Shown here: piece by piece, positions 35,676 to 44,751 of the stretch
Numbering within the stretch: position 1 is the first letter of the stretch
How the letters are laid out: each line of letters starts with the position of its first letter
Source: Clostridiales bacterium
Lineage (GTDB): Bacteria > Bacillota > Clostridia > Oscillospirales > RGIG5299
DNA length: 52,040 bases
Direction: 5' to 3'
Assembly (NCBI GenBank): GCA_016281405.1
Contig: JAEEIO010000045.1
Span: 1-52,040, forward strand
Program-made: the position numbers and the translations under genes
The notes under the pieces: generated by a model
Database searches by the model: none
Seen by the model: the letters and a program-made list of their open reading frames with translations, nothing else
What the model was told of the DNA's origin: nothing

Positions 35676-35808
35676 AAAAAAGCTCCGTCCGAAAGGACGG
35701 AGCAAATTATCTCATCTCCGGCTTTCGCCTCAGGATTTGGCACCTTACTTTTTTGCAGGTTGCCGGGCTTCACAGGGCCTGTCCCTCTGCCGCTCTTGAT
35801 AAGAAAAT
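35676..35808 (-). promoter_or_regulatory. SAM-I (S-box) riboswitch with terminator expression platform in the metK leader
   Basis: The minus-strand RNA reads ...uucuuaucaagagcggcagagggacaggcccugugaagcccggcaaccugc...ggugccaaauccugaggcg...ggagaugag, matching the S-box core. It is followed by cuccgucc-uuuc-ggacggag and U6. The promoter is TTGACA (35847-35852), 17 nt, TATAAT (35824-29) on the minus strand. Confidence 0.9.
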
Positions 35809-35848
35809 TTTTAATTTGACGATATTATAATACAAAAACAGACCTTTG

Positions 35849-36328
35849 TCAACAGTTTTTCGCGTCCCACTTTTTCGCAAATTCCGTAAGCGCCTTTTTC
35901 CGAAGGTAATAGGTCTGCCGCTCGGAGTAATTAAGCTCCATCGAGACCGCCACCCACGACTTGCCGCGCAAATACCTCGCCCTCATTATCTTTTCGTAGA
36001 CGGGCGGCAGGGAACAGAGTATTTCCTCGGCCCTGTCCCGCTTTTGCAGATTGCCGCTTATGCTTTCCGAGAGCTTTTCGAGTATCGCGCCGTATCGTTC
36101 CGACGCCGCGCGAAGGGCGGCGACGGCGGCCAAGAGATCTTCGCGGTCGCCCGCCGCGGCGGTTATCTCATCGAGCTTCAGCGACTCGATGAAATCGCGG
36201 TTTTTCATTATTCTGTTGATTTCGAAGACCTTCGCATCGTTTCGCGCCGCGGTATTCTTCAGGTCTTTGAGAAAAGCCGCCGCTTCCTTCTCGTTCATGT
36301 CGTCCTCCTTGTCTTGAAAATAAGACAA
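35849..36328 (-). CDS. Sigma-70 region-4-like HTH protein (phage ArpU/RinA/DUF1492-type transcription activator-like)
   Basis: 159 aa. The C-terminus YEKIMRARYLRGKSWVAVSMELNYSERQTYYLRKKALTEFAKKW is a region-4 type HTH, preceded by a helical N-terminal part. The subfamily assignment is tentative. Confidence 0.55.
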   Translation of the reverse strand: MSYFQDKEDDMNEKEAAAFLKDLKNTAARNDAKVFEINRIMKNRDFIESLKLDEITAAAGDREDLLAAVAALRAASERYGAILEKLSESISGNLQKRDRAEEILCSLPPVYEKIMRARYLRGKSWVAVSMELNYSERQTYYLRKKALTEFAKKWDAKNC

Positions 36329-36406
36329 AATACTGAAAATTTCAAGATAAAAATATCAAATATCCCTTATATTTCCAATTATATCCGATATTTTCGGCGA
36401 AAATTG

Positions 36407-36467
36407 TTGACAAATGTCAACGAAATATAAAAAAACGGTTGCAAAAAGCGAAAAAATGTATTATACT
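36407..36467 (+). promoter_or_regulatory. Perfect 14-bp palindrome (putative operator) plus the sigma-A promoter of the XRE gene
   Basis: TTGACAAATGTCAA (36407-36420). Then TTGCAA (36439-36444), a 17-nt spacer and TATACT (36462-36467). Confidence 0.55.
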
Positions 36468-36505
36468 GAAAAAGAGCTCCGTATTTTTCTTACGAAGGTG
36501 ATTTT

Positions 36506-36856
36506 ATGAACGGGATAGCGGAAATACTGCGGTCGCTTCGCGGCGAAATGTCCTTGCGGGAGGTTGAAAACGTCACCTCTGTTTCGCGTTCTTATCTTAG
36601 CAGAGTCGAAAACGGCCTCCGAAAGCCGTCGGCCGAGGTGCTCTCGAAGCTTGCCGACTGCTACGGCGTCGATCCGCTTTTCCTCTACGGCGCCGCGGGT
36701 CTGCTTAAAGACGCCCCCGAAGAAAAGACTCTTTCCGACCTCGCGGCCGTCGTGAACGCGGGCGGCAGGCTCTCATCCGAGCAGGTGAAGCTCCTTCGTC
36801 TCGTCGCCGAAAGCATGCTCTCGGACGCCGAAGGGAAGGACCCTTCGCGACTCTGA
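36506..36856 (+). CDS. XRE-family HTH transcriptional regulator
   Basis: LRGEMSLREVENVTSVSRSYLSRVENGLRKPSAEVLSKLADCYGV is a canonical Cro/C1 HTH; 116 aa. Confidence 0.85.
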   Translation: MNGIAEILRSLRGEMSLREVENVTSVSRSYLSRVENGLRKPSAEVLSKLADCYGVDPLFLYGAAGLLKDAPEEKTLSDLAAVVNAGGRLSSEQVKLLRLVAESMLSDAEGKDPSRL

Positions 36857-36950
36857 AAATATAATATCAGAACATTTGTCCTAATTTTCGGACACCGTCG
36901 CTTCGTAACCGAATAATACCGCAACGCCACTGCAATAAACTGCAAAATAA

Positions 36951-36978
36951 AACGCCTATCCCGAAGGATAGGCGTTTT
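36951..36978. terminator. Bidirectional terminator between the XRE gene and GH20
   Basis: aacgcctatcc-cgaa-ggataggcgtt stem followed by TTTT. Confidence 0.7.
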
Positions 36979-36988
36979 GCGATTTTAA

Positions 36989-38794
36989 TTATTTCACGCA
37001 GGCGGAGGCGCCGACCCACCAGCCCGTCGGCGTGCCGGGGCCGCCCGGATTGAAGGAAAGGTCCTTTTCCTCGAGCTCTTCGAGGCGGTCGGCGTCGCCG
37101 TTCAAATAAGCGGTTATGCGAAGTCCCGCCGCGACGAGCCTTTCCCGAAGGCCGCCCAAGCGGATATCCTGAATTTCAAAGCCGAAGGCCTTGTTAAGCG
37201 TATACCACTGCTTTCTGAAGGCCGAATGATAGCAGTCGAAGAGGGAAATGACCTCGGGGATCCGCTCCGACGCGAGCTTTTTAAGCGCGTCCCTGTCGCC
37301 GCTTCTGTAGGCGGTCTTTATGTCGCGTGAGAGATAGACCTTCGCGGACAAAAACGCCGCGAGCCTCTTTTGCGTCTCGAATAATAGCGAGTATCTGAAT
37401 TCGGGCACCGACGAGAGTGTCAGGGCGTCGGCGGCGTATTTTTTATCGAGGTCGCTTACCGCGAAGCTCTTGTCGAGCCTGCCTATGAGCGGGTCGTTGA
37501 AGAGCGCCGCCTTCTGAATGAACGGCGACTCGCTCTTTCCGAAATACTCGACGGCGTCGATCTTCATAAAGTCTTCGTAACTTATGCCGAAGCAGTCGGG
37601 ACACCTTTCTTCAAGGTCGCCGCCGTAGCATATTTCGGCGTAGAGTAATAGCGTAGGCAAAACGGCGAAGACGGAGCATTCGGCGCCGTCGTCGCCCCAC
37701 GCCGTCGCGACGACGTTTTTAACGCCGTATTTTTCGGCGTATTCAAGCTGTTTGGGAGTGACGTAGGCCGAGAAGACGTTGCGGGGAGTCGCGCCGCTCC
37801 AGCACCAGGCGCCGCCCGCGAACCAGACTTCGCGCCCCGCCCCGGCGTGACAGCGGAACATGTGGTCGAGAAGCTTTTCTTTTTCGGGAGTGGTGTAGTA
37901 ATCCCAGTAGCAAAGCGCGACCTCGGGCGGTATTTTGTCGGTGACCTCCTTCGAGAGCTCGCCCTCTTCGACGTAATATTTGCCGTTAAACTGCATCCTG
38001 AAGAACATATCGCTCCACATTACGGGCTCGAAATCGTATTTTTTGCATATCTTTATGACCTTCGCGAGATGGCGAAGCATGATGTCCGACTTGGCTTCGG
38101 GGCCGTGAATATCCTGATGGCGGCCTCTTCCGAGGTGGTGCGCCTCGTCCATGCCGATATGGATGCGGCGGGTTCTGAAGCACTCCCTTGCCGTCTTTAT
38201 CATCGCCTCGATAAGAGCGTCGACCCTTTCGTCGTCGGTGAGCAGTATGTCGTCGATGTCGCTGTACCCTCCGAAGGCGGGCCACTCGAAAATGGCGTTG
38301 AGGTGCGCGAGGGTCTGTATGCAGGGTATGACCTCTATGCCGAGCGCCGCCGCGTAGGCGTCGATCTCCTTAAGCTCTTTTTTGGTGTATCGGCCGCGAA
38401 GATGGCCGAAATAGGGGTATTCGGTTATCTCGTAGGTGTCCTCGGTGTAGAGCATGAGGGCGTTGAAACCCATCGACGCGAGGTGCAAAAGCAGGTTTTT
38501 AAGGCTTTCGACCTTCGGGACGGCGTTGCGGCTGCAGTCTGCCATAAGGCAAAGGGTGTCGAACTTTGCCGACTGCCTAATCGGCTTTTTCTCTTTGAGA
38601 AAACGCGGGACCATCGAAAGGGCGCGAAGGGCGTCCCTCTCCGAGCCGCAGCCGATGACGACCTTGCCGTCCTTTTCAGTGAGAGTCAGCCCTTCGGCTT
38701 TCTCAAAGGCGACCTCGACGTCGGGAATGGCCAGAAAATCGGCAAGGAGCGAAAGCCCCTTTTCATATTCCTTGGGGACGTTTGTAAATCTCAT
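36989..38794 (-). CDS. GH20 beta-N-acetylhexosaminidase, cytoplasmic (no signal peptide)
   Basis: Catalytic motif HIGMDEAHHLG, TIM-barrel segments (FNALMLYTEDTYE, IEVIPCIQTLAHL); 601 aa. Confidence 0.85.
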   Translation of the reverse strand: MRFTNVPKEYEKGLSLLADFLAIPDVEVAFEKAEGLTLTEKDGKVVIGCGSERDALRALSMVPRFLKEKKPIRQSAKFDTLCLMADCSRNAVPKVESLKNLLLHLASMGFNALMLYTEDTYEITEYPYFGHLRGRYTKKELKEIDAYAAALGIEVIPCIQTLAHLNAIFEWPAFGGYSDIDDILLTDDERVDALIEAMIKTARECFRTRRIHIGMDEAHHLGRGRHQDIHGPEAKSDIMLRHLAKVIKICKKYDFEPVMWSDMFFRMQFNGKYYVEEGELSKEVTDKIPPEVALCYWDYYTTPEKEKLLDHMFRCHAGAGREVWFAGGAWCWSGATPRNVFSAYVTPKQLEYAEKYGVKNVVATAWGDDGAECSVFAVLPTLLLYAEICYGGDLEERCPDCFGISYEDFMKIDAVEYFGKSESPFIQKAALFNDPLIGRLDKSFAVSDLDKKYAADALTLSSVPEFRYSLLFETQKRLAAFLSAKVYLSRDIKTAYRSGDRDALKKLASERIPEVISLFDCYHSAFRKQWYTLNKAFGFEIQDIRLGGLRERLVAAGLRITAYLNGDADRLEELEEKDLSFNPGGPGTPTGWWVGASACVK

Positions 38795-38933
38795 AATACG
38801 AACCTCCGTATTTTTTTATAATTCAATTATAGCACCTTGCGGGCGGCTTGTCACCGTAAAAGCGAAATATTTTGTCCGATATTGAAAAAAACCTCAGGAT
38901 ATGGTAATATAGAATAAAAAGGGAGGGGACTGA

Positions 38934-39119
38934 ATGAAAAAACTTTCCGCGGCGCTGTTTTCGGCGTCTTGCGCTCTTTTCTTTTCCGCCGTCGCCTTCG
39001 CCGAGGGCGAAAACGCCACCGCGCCGGACGGCGTTACCGCCATGATATGGATGTTTTGCATTGGCGCGGCGGCCGCGGCCGTCGCCTTGGCGGTCTTTCT
39101 TATCGGCCGAAAGAAGTAA
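38934..39119 (+). CDS. Small secreted, membrane-anchored peptide (61 aa)
   Basis: N-terminal signal peptide (…AVAFAEGEN), a C-terminal TM helix and a basic tail (FLIGRKK). RBS GGGAGGGG. Confidence 0.5.
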   Translation: MKKLSAALFSASCALFFSAVAFAEGENATAPDGVTAMIWMFCIGAAAAAVALAVFLIGRKK

Positions 39120-39225
39120 ATAGCGCGTTTTTTTTCACTTTTTTCGGATAAATGCTTGAAATTATGATATTTTAGTGTATAATTAAAATAAGCACTTTAA
39201 ATAAAGAAAAGGAGAAAATGAAAAA

Positions 39226-39618
39226 ATGGCAGATATCAACAACGTAATGAACACTCCCGACACCACCGCCGAATACACCCAGGAGGACATCAACAACAAT
39301 AAGATCATGGCCGTCCTCGCCTACTTAGGCATTCTCGTGCTTATCCCGATTTTTGCCGCGAAGGATTCCAAGTTCGCCCGCTTCCACTCCAATCAGGGCC
39401 TCGTGCTTCTCATTTGCGATATTGTCGTTTCGATAGTCCTCGGAATAGTTACGGCAATTATTGCCTTTATCCCCTATGTTGGCCCGATTCTCTCCGGCAT
39501 TATTTGGGCGGTTATCCCGATAGTTTTGCTTGTGTTCGCCATCCTCGGCATAGTCAACGCCGTCCAGGGCAAAGCGAAGGAACTCCCCATCATCGGCAAA
39601 TTCAAGATACTCAAGTAA
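39226..39618 (+). CDS. DUF4870-family membrane protein
   Basis: KIMAVLAYLGILVLIPIFAAKDSKFARFHSNQGLVLL is the family signature; 130 aa, 3 TM. Confidence 0.8.
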   Translation: MADINNVMNTPDTTAEYTQEDINNNKIMAVLAYLGILVLIPIFAAKDSKFARFHSNQGLVLLICDIVVSIVLGIVTAIIAFIPYVGPILSGIIWAVIPIVLLVFAILGIVNAVQGKAKELPIIGKFKILK

Positions 39619-39697
39619 TCGCGGTCAAAAGCCGTTTTACGGCGCACTTCCCTTGGAAGTGCGCCGTAATAATGTTTTAAGCAAGAAGGAAACCCGT

Positions 39698-40414
39698 ATG
39701 AAAAGGATTATCTGTTTCGCACTCGCGCTGCTTTCTGTCATAGCGCTCGTTTCGTGCGCCGCAAGACCTTCCGACGACGAGCTTTACGCCTCCGCCGTGC
39801 GCGACGCCGTCTTTGCCGACGAAGACGAGATAATGCCCCTCGTAAACATAACGAAAGACGATGAAAACGTCATATGGAGCGAAGACGGCAAAAGCGTTCT
39901 CGTCGCCTTTATGCACAAATACCCCGACAGCTATCCGGCGGGCGAGGAGATAGAACTCAAATGGGGAAACGTCTGGTGCGTTTCCGCGGGCGAGTTTGTC
40001 GCCTGGATGAAGAAAAACGGCGAAAAGGTCGAAAACTGGACCGAACGTCTCCATCAGGTCATGGGTATGCCCTATTCGAAAAACTATACGACCGTAACGG
40101 CCCTCTGGGTCGACGCCTCTTTGATTTACCGCCCCGCCTATGTGACCGACGCCGCGGCGCCGATGAAAAACACTCTCGAGCCGACGGGCGACGAGGCCTT
40201 CGACGCCATGTATAAGGAATGGTTCGACGGCAATATCGTCTGGTCGTATTTCGACAGCGCCTTCCCCTGGACCCGCCTCGGCTACACCTACGACTGGGCC
40301 GATAACGGCACGGAATACGGTCTTTCCGAGTTTCTCGTTTTCTCGGGGGCAAAGGCCAAGGTCGAATATACTTACACCGTTTCCGAATTCGTGAGCTTCA
40401 CGAAAGAAAAATAA
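39698..40414 (+). CDS. Lipoprotein of unknown function
   Basis: MKRIICFALALLSVIALVSCAARP has a signal peptide and lipobox. The ATG at 39698 follows AAGGA; the track ORF starting at 39653 is an extension. Confidence 0.7.
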   Translation: MKRIICFALALLSVIALVSCAARPSDDELYASAVRDAVFADEDEIMPLVNITKDDENVIWSEDGKSVLVAFMHKYPDSYPAGEEIELKWGNVWCVSAGEFVAWMKKNGEKVENWTERLHQVMGMPYSKNYTTVTALWVDASLIYRPAYVTDAAAPMKNTLEPTGDEAFDAMYKEWFDGNIVWSYFDSAFPWTRLGYTYDWADNGTEYGLSEFLVFSGAKAKVEYTYTVSEFVSFTKEK

Positions 40415-40431
40415 AAAGAGAGGAGAAGACC

Positions 40432-42453
40432 ATGAAAAAGTTACTTAAAGTCATCAGCGTAATTCTTTCCATTACTCTTGTTTTCGGCGCTTTCGGCGCC
40501 CTTGCCGTCCATGCCGACGCGGTAATCACCGAGAGAGAGATAGATTTATTATTATTCTCTTTAAGCCCGTATAGAATCCATTGTTTCTTTACGGAAACTC
40601 TCCCGAACGTCCCTTATTTGGACGTCGAAGAATATCTTCAGTATATTTATAACGGTGATTTTGATACAGCCTCGGACGACTTTGAAACATACACCGTTAC
40701 GAACCCCTACGGCGAGACCATGGTCGTCGACACGGTGAACGATACCGTGACCTTTGAAAACTTCGACGCCTTTATGGCCGTTGAAGTCAACGAGGAGGGC
40801 AGTTCGATAGAGATCAATTATGTGCAATACTTAAATGACTCCGTCATTAACGAGCCCTCCGCCATAACCGTCGATCTCGGCGCTTACGGCATAGACGCGA
40901 TAGCTTACGGCACCCAGGTTATTTTGCCGCTCCCCGTCCTCGGCGCCATGTTCTCCTCCAGCTACAACAACGCGGTTTATTACAACAACGGAGAGATGGA
41001 AGCCATCTGCTTCGTCCACACCTTCGACCCCGAGTCCTATTACGACGAATTCGACCAGAGCCACCGCTTACAGAGCCTTACCCGCACCGCGGCCGAAGCC
41101 GAATTCAACTATAACACCCTCTGCCTCTATTTCGACTGGTTCTTCGGCAGACCCTCGAATACTGTTCTTGCCGAAAGCATGGAGACCATGTGCTTTGACG
41201 AGGCGCTCGATAACTACAGCGAACACACCCAGCTCGCCAAACAGCTCCTTCTTTCCGAAAGCATGGTCGACTATTTCAACGGCATGTTAATCTTAGGCTA
41301 TTACGTCTTCGACGGCGGCCATACCGTCATGATGAACACCCTGCTCAACTATTGCACCGAATATATTACCACGCCTCTTATCAGTGAGTGGCTCGATAAC
41401 TACGCAGGCGACAGCGACGAAGCTCATATCGCCCGCGACCACTATGAAACGCTATTCGAAAGCTTAGTACTCGTGGACGTTGTTGCGAACACCCGCGCGA
41501 CCGAATACGAACAGTATAAAGACGAAATAGTCGCCGAATACGACAGCGGCGCCTACCTCATCATCCACGGCGATCTCGCGGTCTTCGTTTTCGACAGCTT
41601 CGAGACCGACACCCCCTACGAACTTCTCGACGCCCTGCAGACCGCCTCGGAGGCGGGCGTCAAGAACTTCCTCCTTGACGACTCCTGCAACGGCGGCGGC
41701 TACGTCATGGCCTACCAGTATATCGCCACCCTTATCACCAATAAGCAGAACCGGTCCAACAAGCATGCCGGCGCCGAACTTTCCGTCCCCACCGGCGGCG
41801 TTTACAGCGTGGTTTACGAGTTTGACCTTGACCTCGACGGCGACTTTGACGAAGACGACGAGACCTTCTGCTTCGACTTCAATTTCGCCATACTCACCTC
41901 GCAGGCCTCTTTCTCCTGCGGCAACTCGCTGCCTGTCGACGCCGCCTCCCAGGGCGTTATGATACTCGGCGAAAACAGCGGCGGCGGCTCCTGCTACGTC
42001 ACCAACCGCTACTTATCCGACGGCTTCGATTTCCCGATATCCGACATCCTTAAGTTGGTTATCTCAGATCTCGACGTCGACCTCGGCGCCCCCGTTGACG
42101 AATACCTCATCGAAGAGACCGCCGACGGCAAGAACTACGCCCCGCTTTACGATCTCGACAACATAAACGGACTCATCACCGCCTTCTACGCCTGCGACGA
42201 GCACGTCCCCGGCGATACGGTCATTGAGAACGAAGTTCCCGCGACCGTCGAAGAGGGCGGCTCCTACGACGAAGTCGTTTACTGCGCCGTCTGCGGCGAA
42301 GAGATAAGCCGCGAGACCGTATACACCGATCCGCTCGAGCCCTCTCCCGAGGTTGCCGACAGCATCGACGCAAACGTCGTTACAGCGATAGTTCTCATCT
42401 CCCTCGCCGGCGCCTGCGTAGTCCTTCAGAGGAAAAAGAACATAGTAAGATAA
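40432..42453 (+). CDS. Secreted, C-terminally membrane-anchored protein with an S41 (tail-specific protease)-like core
   Basis: Signal peptide present. LLDDSCNGGGY resembles the S41 DLRxNxGG motif and ILTSQASFSCGNS resembles the Ser-nucleophile region. C-terminal TM plus RKK anchor. The family call is tentative. Confidence 0.5.
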   Translation: MKKLLKVISVILSITLVFGAFGALAVHADAVITEREIDLLLFSLSPYRIHCFFTETLPNVPYLDVEEYLQYIYNGDFDTASDDFETYTVTNPYGETMVVDTVNDTVTFENFDAFMAVEVNEEGSSIEINYVQYLNDSVINEPSAITVDLGAYGIDAIAYGTQVILPLPVLGAMFSSSYNNAVYYNNGEMEAICFVHTFDPESYYDEFDQSHRLQSLTRTAAEAEFNYNTLCLYFDWFFGRPSNTVLAESMETMCFDEALDNYSEHTQLAKQLLLSESMVDYFNGMLILGYYVFDGGHTVMMNTLLNYCTEYITTPLISEWLDNYAGDSDEAHIARDHYETLFESLVLVDVVANTRATEYEQYKDEIVAEYDSGAYLIIHGDLAVFVFDSFETDTPYELLDALQTASEAGVKNFLLDDSCNGGGYVMAYQYIATLITNKQNRSNKHAGAELSVPTGGVYSVVYEFDLDLDGDFDEDDETFCFDFNFAILTSQASFSCGNSLPVDAASQGVMILGENSGGGSCYVTNRYLSDGFDFPISDILKLVISDLDVDLGAPVDEYLIEETADGKNYAPLYDLDNINGLITAFYACDEHVPGDTVIENEVPATVEEGGSYDEVVYCAVCGEEISRETVYTDPLEPSPEVADSIDANVVTAIVLISLAGACVVLQRKKNIVR

Positions 42454-42463
42454 CCCCGAAACA

Positions 42464-42499
42464 AATAACGGCAACACGAAAGTGTTGCCGTTATTTTAT
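42464..42499. terminator. Bidirectional rho-independent terminator
   Basis: aataacggcaacac-gaaa-gtgttgccgttatt, a 14-bp stem. Confidence 0.8.
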
Positions 42500-42505
42500 A
42501 CTCTC

Positions 42506-42943
42506 TTAAAGCTCCAATTCCATATCCACGTGGACTACGCCCTCCTCGAGGTATTCCCCCGAGACCGTCGCAAACCCCAGCTTTTTGTAAAACCCCTCGG
42601 CCTGCTTCTGGGCGTCGACGTGTATCCTCTCGCAGCCGTAAAACTCCTTCGCGGCCGCCATGCTTTTTTTCATAAGCTCCGTCCCTACGCCCTTTCCCCG
42701 CTCGAGGACGAGCACCCGCCCGATTTTGACCGTCTTGTCGCGGCTCTCGTCGGGGTAGGCGCGTAAGTATGCCGTCACCCTGCCGTTTTCGTAAAAAAAG
42801 CAGTGAAGGCTTTTATAGTCGACGTCGTCCTCGTCGACGCAGATTATCCGCTGTCCCACCGCGAAGACCTCGCAGCGCGACTTGAGTATCTCGTATAATT
42901 CCGCCGTAGTGAGACGGTCGAAGGTTTTGACAAGTAGCTCCAC
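42506..42943 (-). CDS. GNAT family N-acetyltransferase (ElaA-like)
   Basis: FDRLTTAELYEILKSRCEVFAVGQ at the N-terminus and RGKGVGTELM acetyl-CoA motif; 145 aa. Confidence 0.85.
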   Translation of the reverse strand: MELLVKTFDRLTTAELYEILKSRCEVFAVGQRIICVDEDDVDYKSLHCFFYENGRVTAYLRAYPDESRDKTVKIGRVLVLERGKGVGTELMKKSMAAAKEFYGCERIHVDAQKQAEGFYKKLGFATVSGEYLEEGVVHVDMELEL

Positions 42944-43090
42944 GTCGGCCCTCCGTCTGATAGATTTACGCTAATATTCTATCATAAACGCCGCGCTTTT
43001 GCAAGCGGCTCCGCCCCGATAAAAACCGATTGAAAAATCCGCCGTTTTGTGATATACTGACAGGGTAAACAAAGTAAAGGAAAAACCGAA

Positions 43091-43615
43091 ATGAAACTTA
43101 TAGAAAGCTTTTCAGTCGACCATAACCGCATCGTTCCGGGCATCTTCGTAAGCCGTAAAGACAGGGTGGGTAGCGGCGTCGTCACGACCTACGACGTCCG
43201 CCTCAAAAGACCCAACGTCGAGCCCGTTATAGACGTCGCGGCCATGCACTCTCTCGAGCATCTGATAGCCACAACCCTCCGCAACGACCCCGTCTGGAAG
43301 GACGAAGTCGTCTACTGGGGCCCGATGGGCTGTCTCACGGGCTTTTATCTCATCTTAAAGGGAGACCGCCCGTCAAAAGAGCTTTACGGACTTATACTTT
43401 CCGCCTTCAAAGCGGTCGCCGACGCCGAGGCCGTCCCGGGAGCCGCGCCGCAAAACTGCGGACGTTATATAATGCACGACCTGACGCTAGCTAAATACTA
43501 CGCCGCCGAGTTCGTCGCATACCTGACGGAAAACGCCGATAAGCCAGAGACGTTCGAATACCCGCGCCGGGGACGTCCCGTCACCAGGGACGGACTTAAA
43601 TTCTACGATTCATAA
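43091..43615 (+). CDS. luxS: S-ribosylhomocysteine lyase
   Basis: Metal-binding HSLEHL and the conserved GC(L)TG Cys region. Promoter TTGAAA, 17 nt, TATACT upstream. Confidence 0.9.
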   Translation: MKLIESFSVDHNRIVPGIFVSRKDRVGSGVVTTYDVRLKRPNVEPVIDVAAMHSLEHLIATTLRNDPVWKDEVVYWGPMGCLTGFYLILKGDRPSKELYGLILSAFKAVADAEAVPGAAPQNCGRYIMHDLTLAKYYAAEFVAYLTENADKPETFEYPRRGRPVTRDGLKFYDS

Positions 43616-43620
43616 ATAAA

Positions 43621-43650
43621 AAAACGCCGCCTCCCACGGCGTTTTTATTT
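43621..43650. terminator. Terminator between luxS and the AraC-family gene
   Basis: aaaacgccg-cctccca-cggcgtttt followed by T-rich sequence. Confidence 0.7.
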
Positions 43651-44464
43651 AGCCTTTTCGCATATTTATTGCGAACTGAAGCGGCGTTATGCCGTAATGC
43701 TTTTTGAAATCGCAGATAAAGTAATTGCTGTTGTTGAAGCCGCAGGCAAGGGCGATGTCGGTTATTGAGCCCGTCTTGTTGAGAAGCAGTTTTTCGGCAG
43801 CGCGAAGACGGGTCAGCTTGATATACTGCGCCACGCCTATCCCCGTGTATTCCTTGAAGGTGCGGGAAAAATGGCTGTCGCTCATCGAAAACTTCCGAGC
43901 GAGGTCGCCGAGGCTCAAAGGCTCGGCGTAGTGAACGGACACGAACTGCGCCGCGTCCTGAACTATTCTCTCGTTCTGTCCGACGTCGGCCTGCCTTTGA
44001 AGCTCGGGCTGACGGCAAAGGCAGATAATTATCTGCCGCAGAAGATTCTGACACTGCAAAAGATGATAATCTTCCTTCTTACTATACTCGCCCCGCATGG
44101 CGTAAAAAAGGCTTTTGACGTATTCGAACGCCTCGGGAAGAAGTCTTAAGTGCCGCTGATTTTTAAGCTCCCTTAACATCGGGAGATACTCGTCTCCTAT
44201 GAAGGCGGTCGTAAAATAGACGAGCAGACGGCGCGAGCGCTGCTTCCGATTATAGGTCATCTTGTGGATATATCCCTGCCACACGAAGGCGATCTCGCCC
44301 TCCTCGACGTTGTAGATCTCGTTGTTTATAAAACAGCGGGCGTGGCCGTCGAGAAGCAGATAAAGCTCGTGAAAGGAATGACGGTGGTCGTCCCTTATGC
44401 TTGTCTCGTCGTCCTTTATCGTGGTTTCTTCGACCTTTAGGTAGGATTTTTCGTTCTGAACCAT
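43649..44464 (-). CDS. AraC-family transcriptional regulator (cupin sensor plus HTH)
   Basis: C-terminal AraC HTHs (LGDLARKFSMSDSHFSRTFKEYTGIGVAQYI..., ITDIALACGFNNSNYFICDFKKHYGITP). It is divergent from the uronate operon. Confidence 0.9.
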   Translation of the reverse strand: MVQNEKSYLKVEETTIKDDETSIRDDHRHSFHELYLLLDGHARCFINNEIYNVEEGEIAFVWQGYIHKMTYNRKQRSRRLLVYFTTAFIGDEYLPMLRELKNQRHLRLLPEAFEYVKSLFYAMRGEYSKKEDYHLLQCQNLLRQIIICLCRQPELQRQADVGQNERIVQDAAQFVSVHYAEPLSLGDLARKFSMSDSHFSRTFKEYTGIGVAQYIKLTRLRAAEKLLLNKTGSITDIALACGFNNSNYFICDFKKHYGITPLQFAINMRKG

Positions 44465-44751
44465 TTTCCGTCCCTCCGCCGCGGCAAAACCGCGGGTTTT
44501 ATAAAAGTCTGCTCGATTTGCAATTTACATCAAACGGGAAATAATATATAATATATCATATAGTTTTTACGTTTAAATGTCAACAATTATTCGGAGTTTT
44601 TCAGGCATCAGAGCCGAAAAATTATAGAAAAACGACGGACATTGTGCTAAAATAATACCGTCGGGACGCGGACTGCGGGGGCAGTCTGCGCCGCCAATCT
44701 GAAACCGTATTATCGTTTTTAACTATAGACTAACGCTGGAGGATTACTAAA

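Noticed and set aside
35663-35773. 37-aa N-terminal extension of the metK ORF
   Set aside because: It would be translated from the SAM-I riboswitch and terminator sequence. The conserved MetK N-terminus begins at the ATG at 35662, which has its own RBS.
37847-38821. 324-aa plus-strand ORF overlapping the GH20 gene at 36989-38794
   Set aside because: It is antisense to a gene with a clear catalytic motif, its composition is artefactual, and there are no start signals.
43596-44054. 152-aa minus-strand ORF overlapping the 3' part of the AraC-family gene in another frame
   Set aside because: The AraC frame contains both canonical HTH motifs, while the alternative frame is Arg/Ser-rich with no start signals.
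44465-44751. Possible riboswitch or ncRNA in the 287-nt araC-eda intergenic region
   Set aside because: I see only an AT-rich divergent promoter region and one modest hairpin (gcggactgc-ggggg-cagtctgc). No known riboswitch core was recognisable. It most likely holds AraC-type operator sites.
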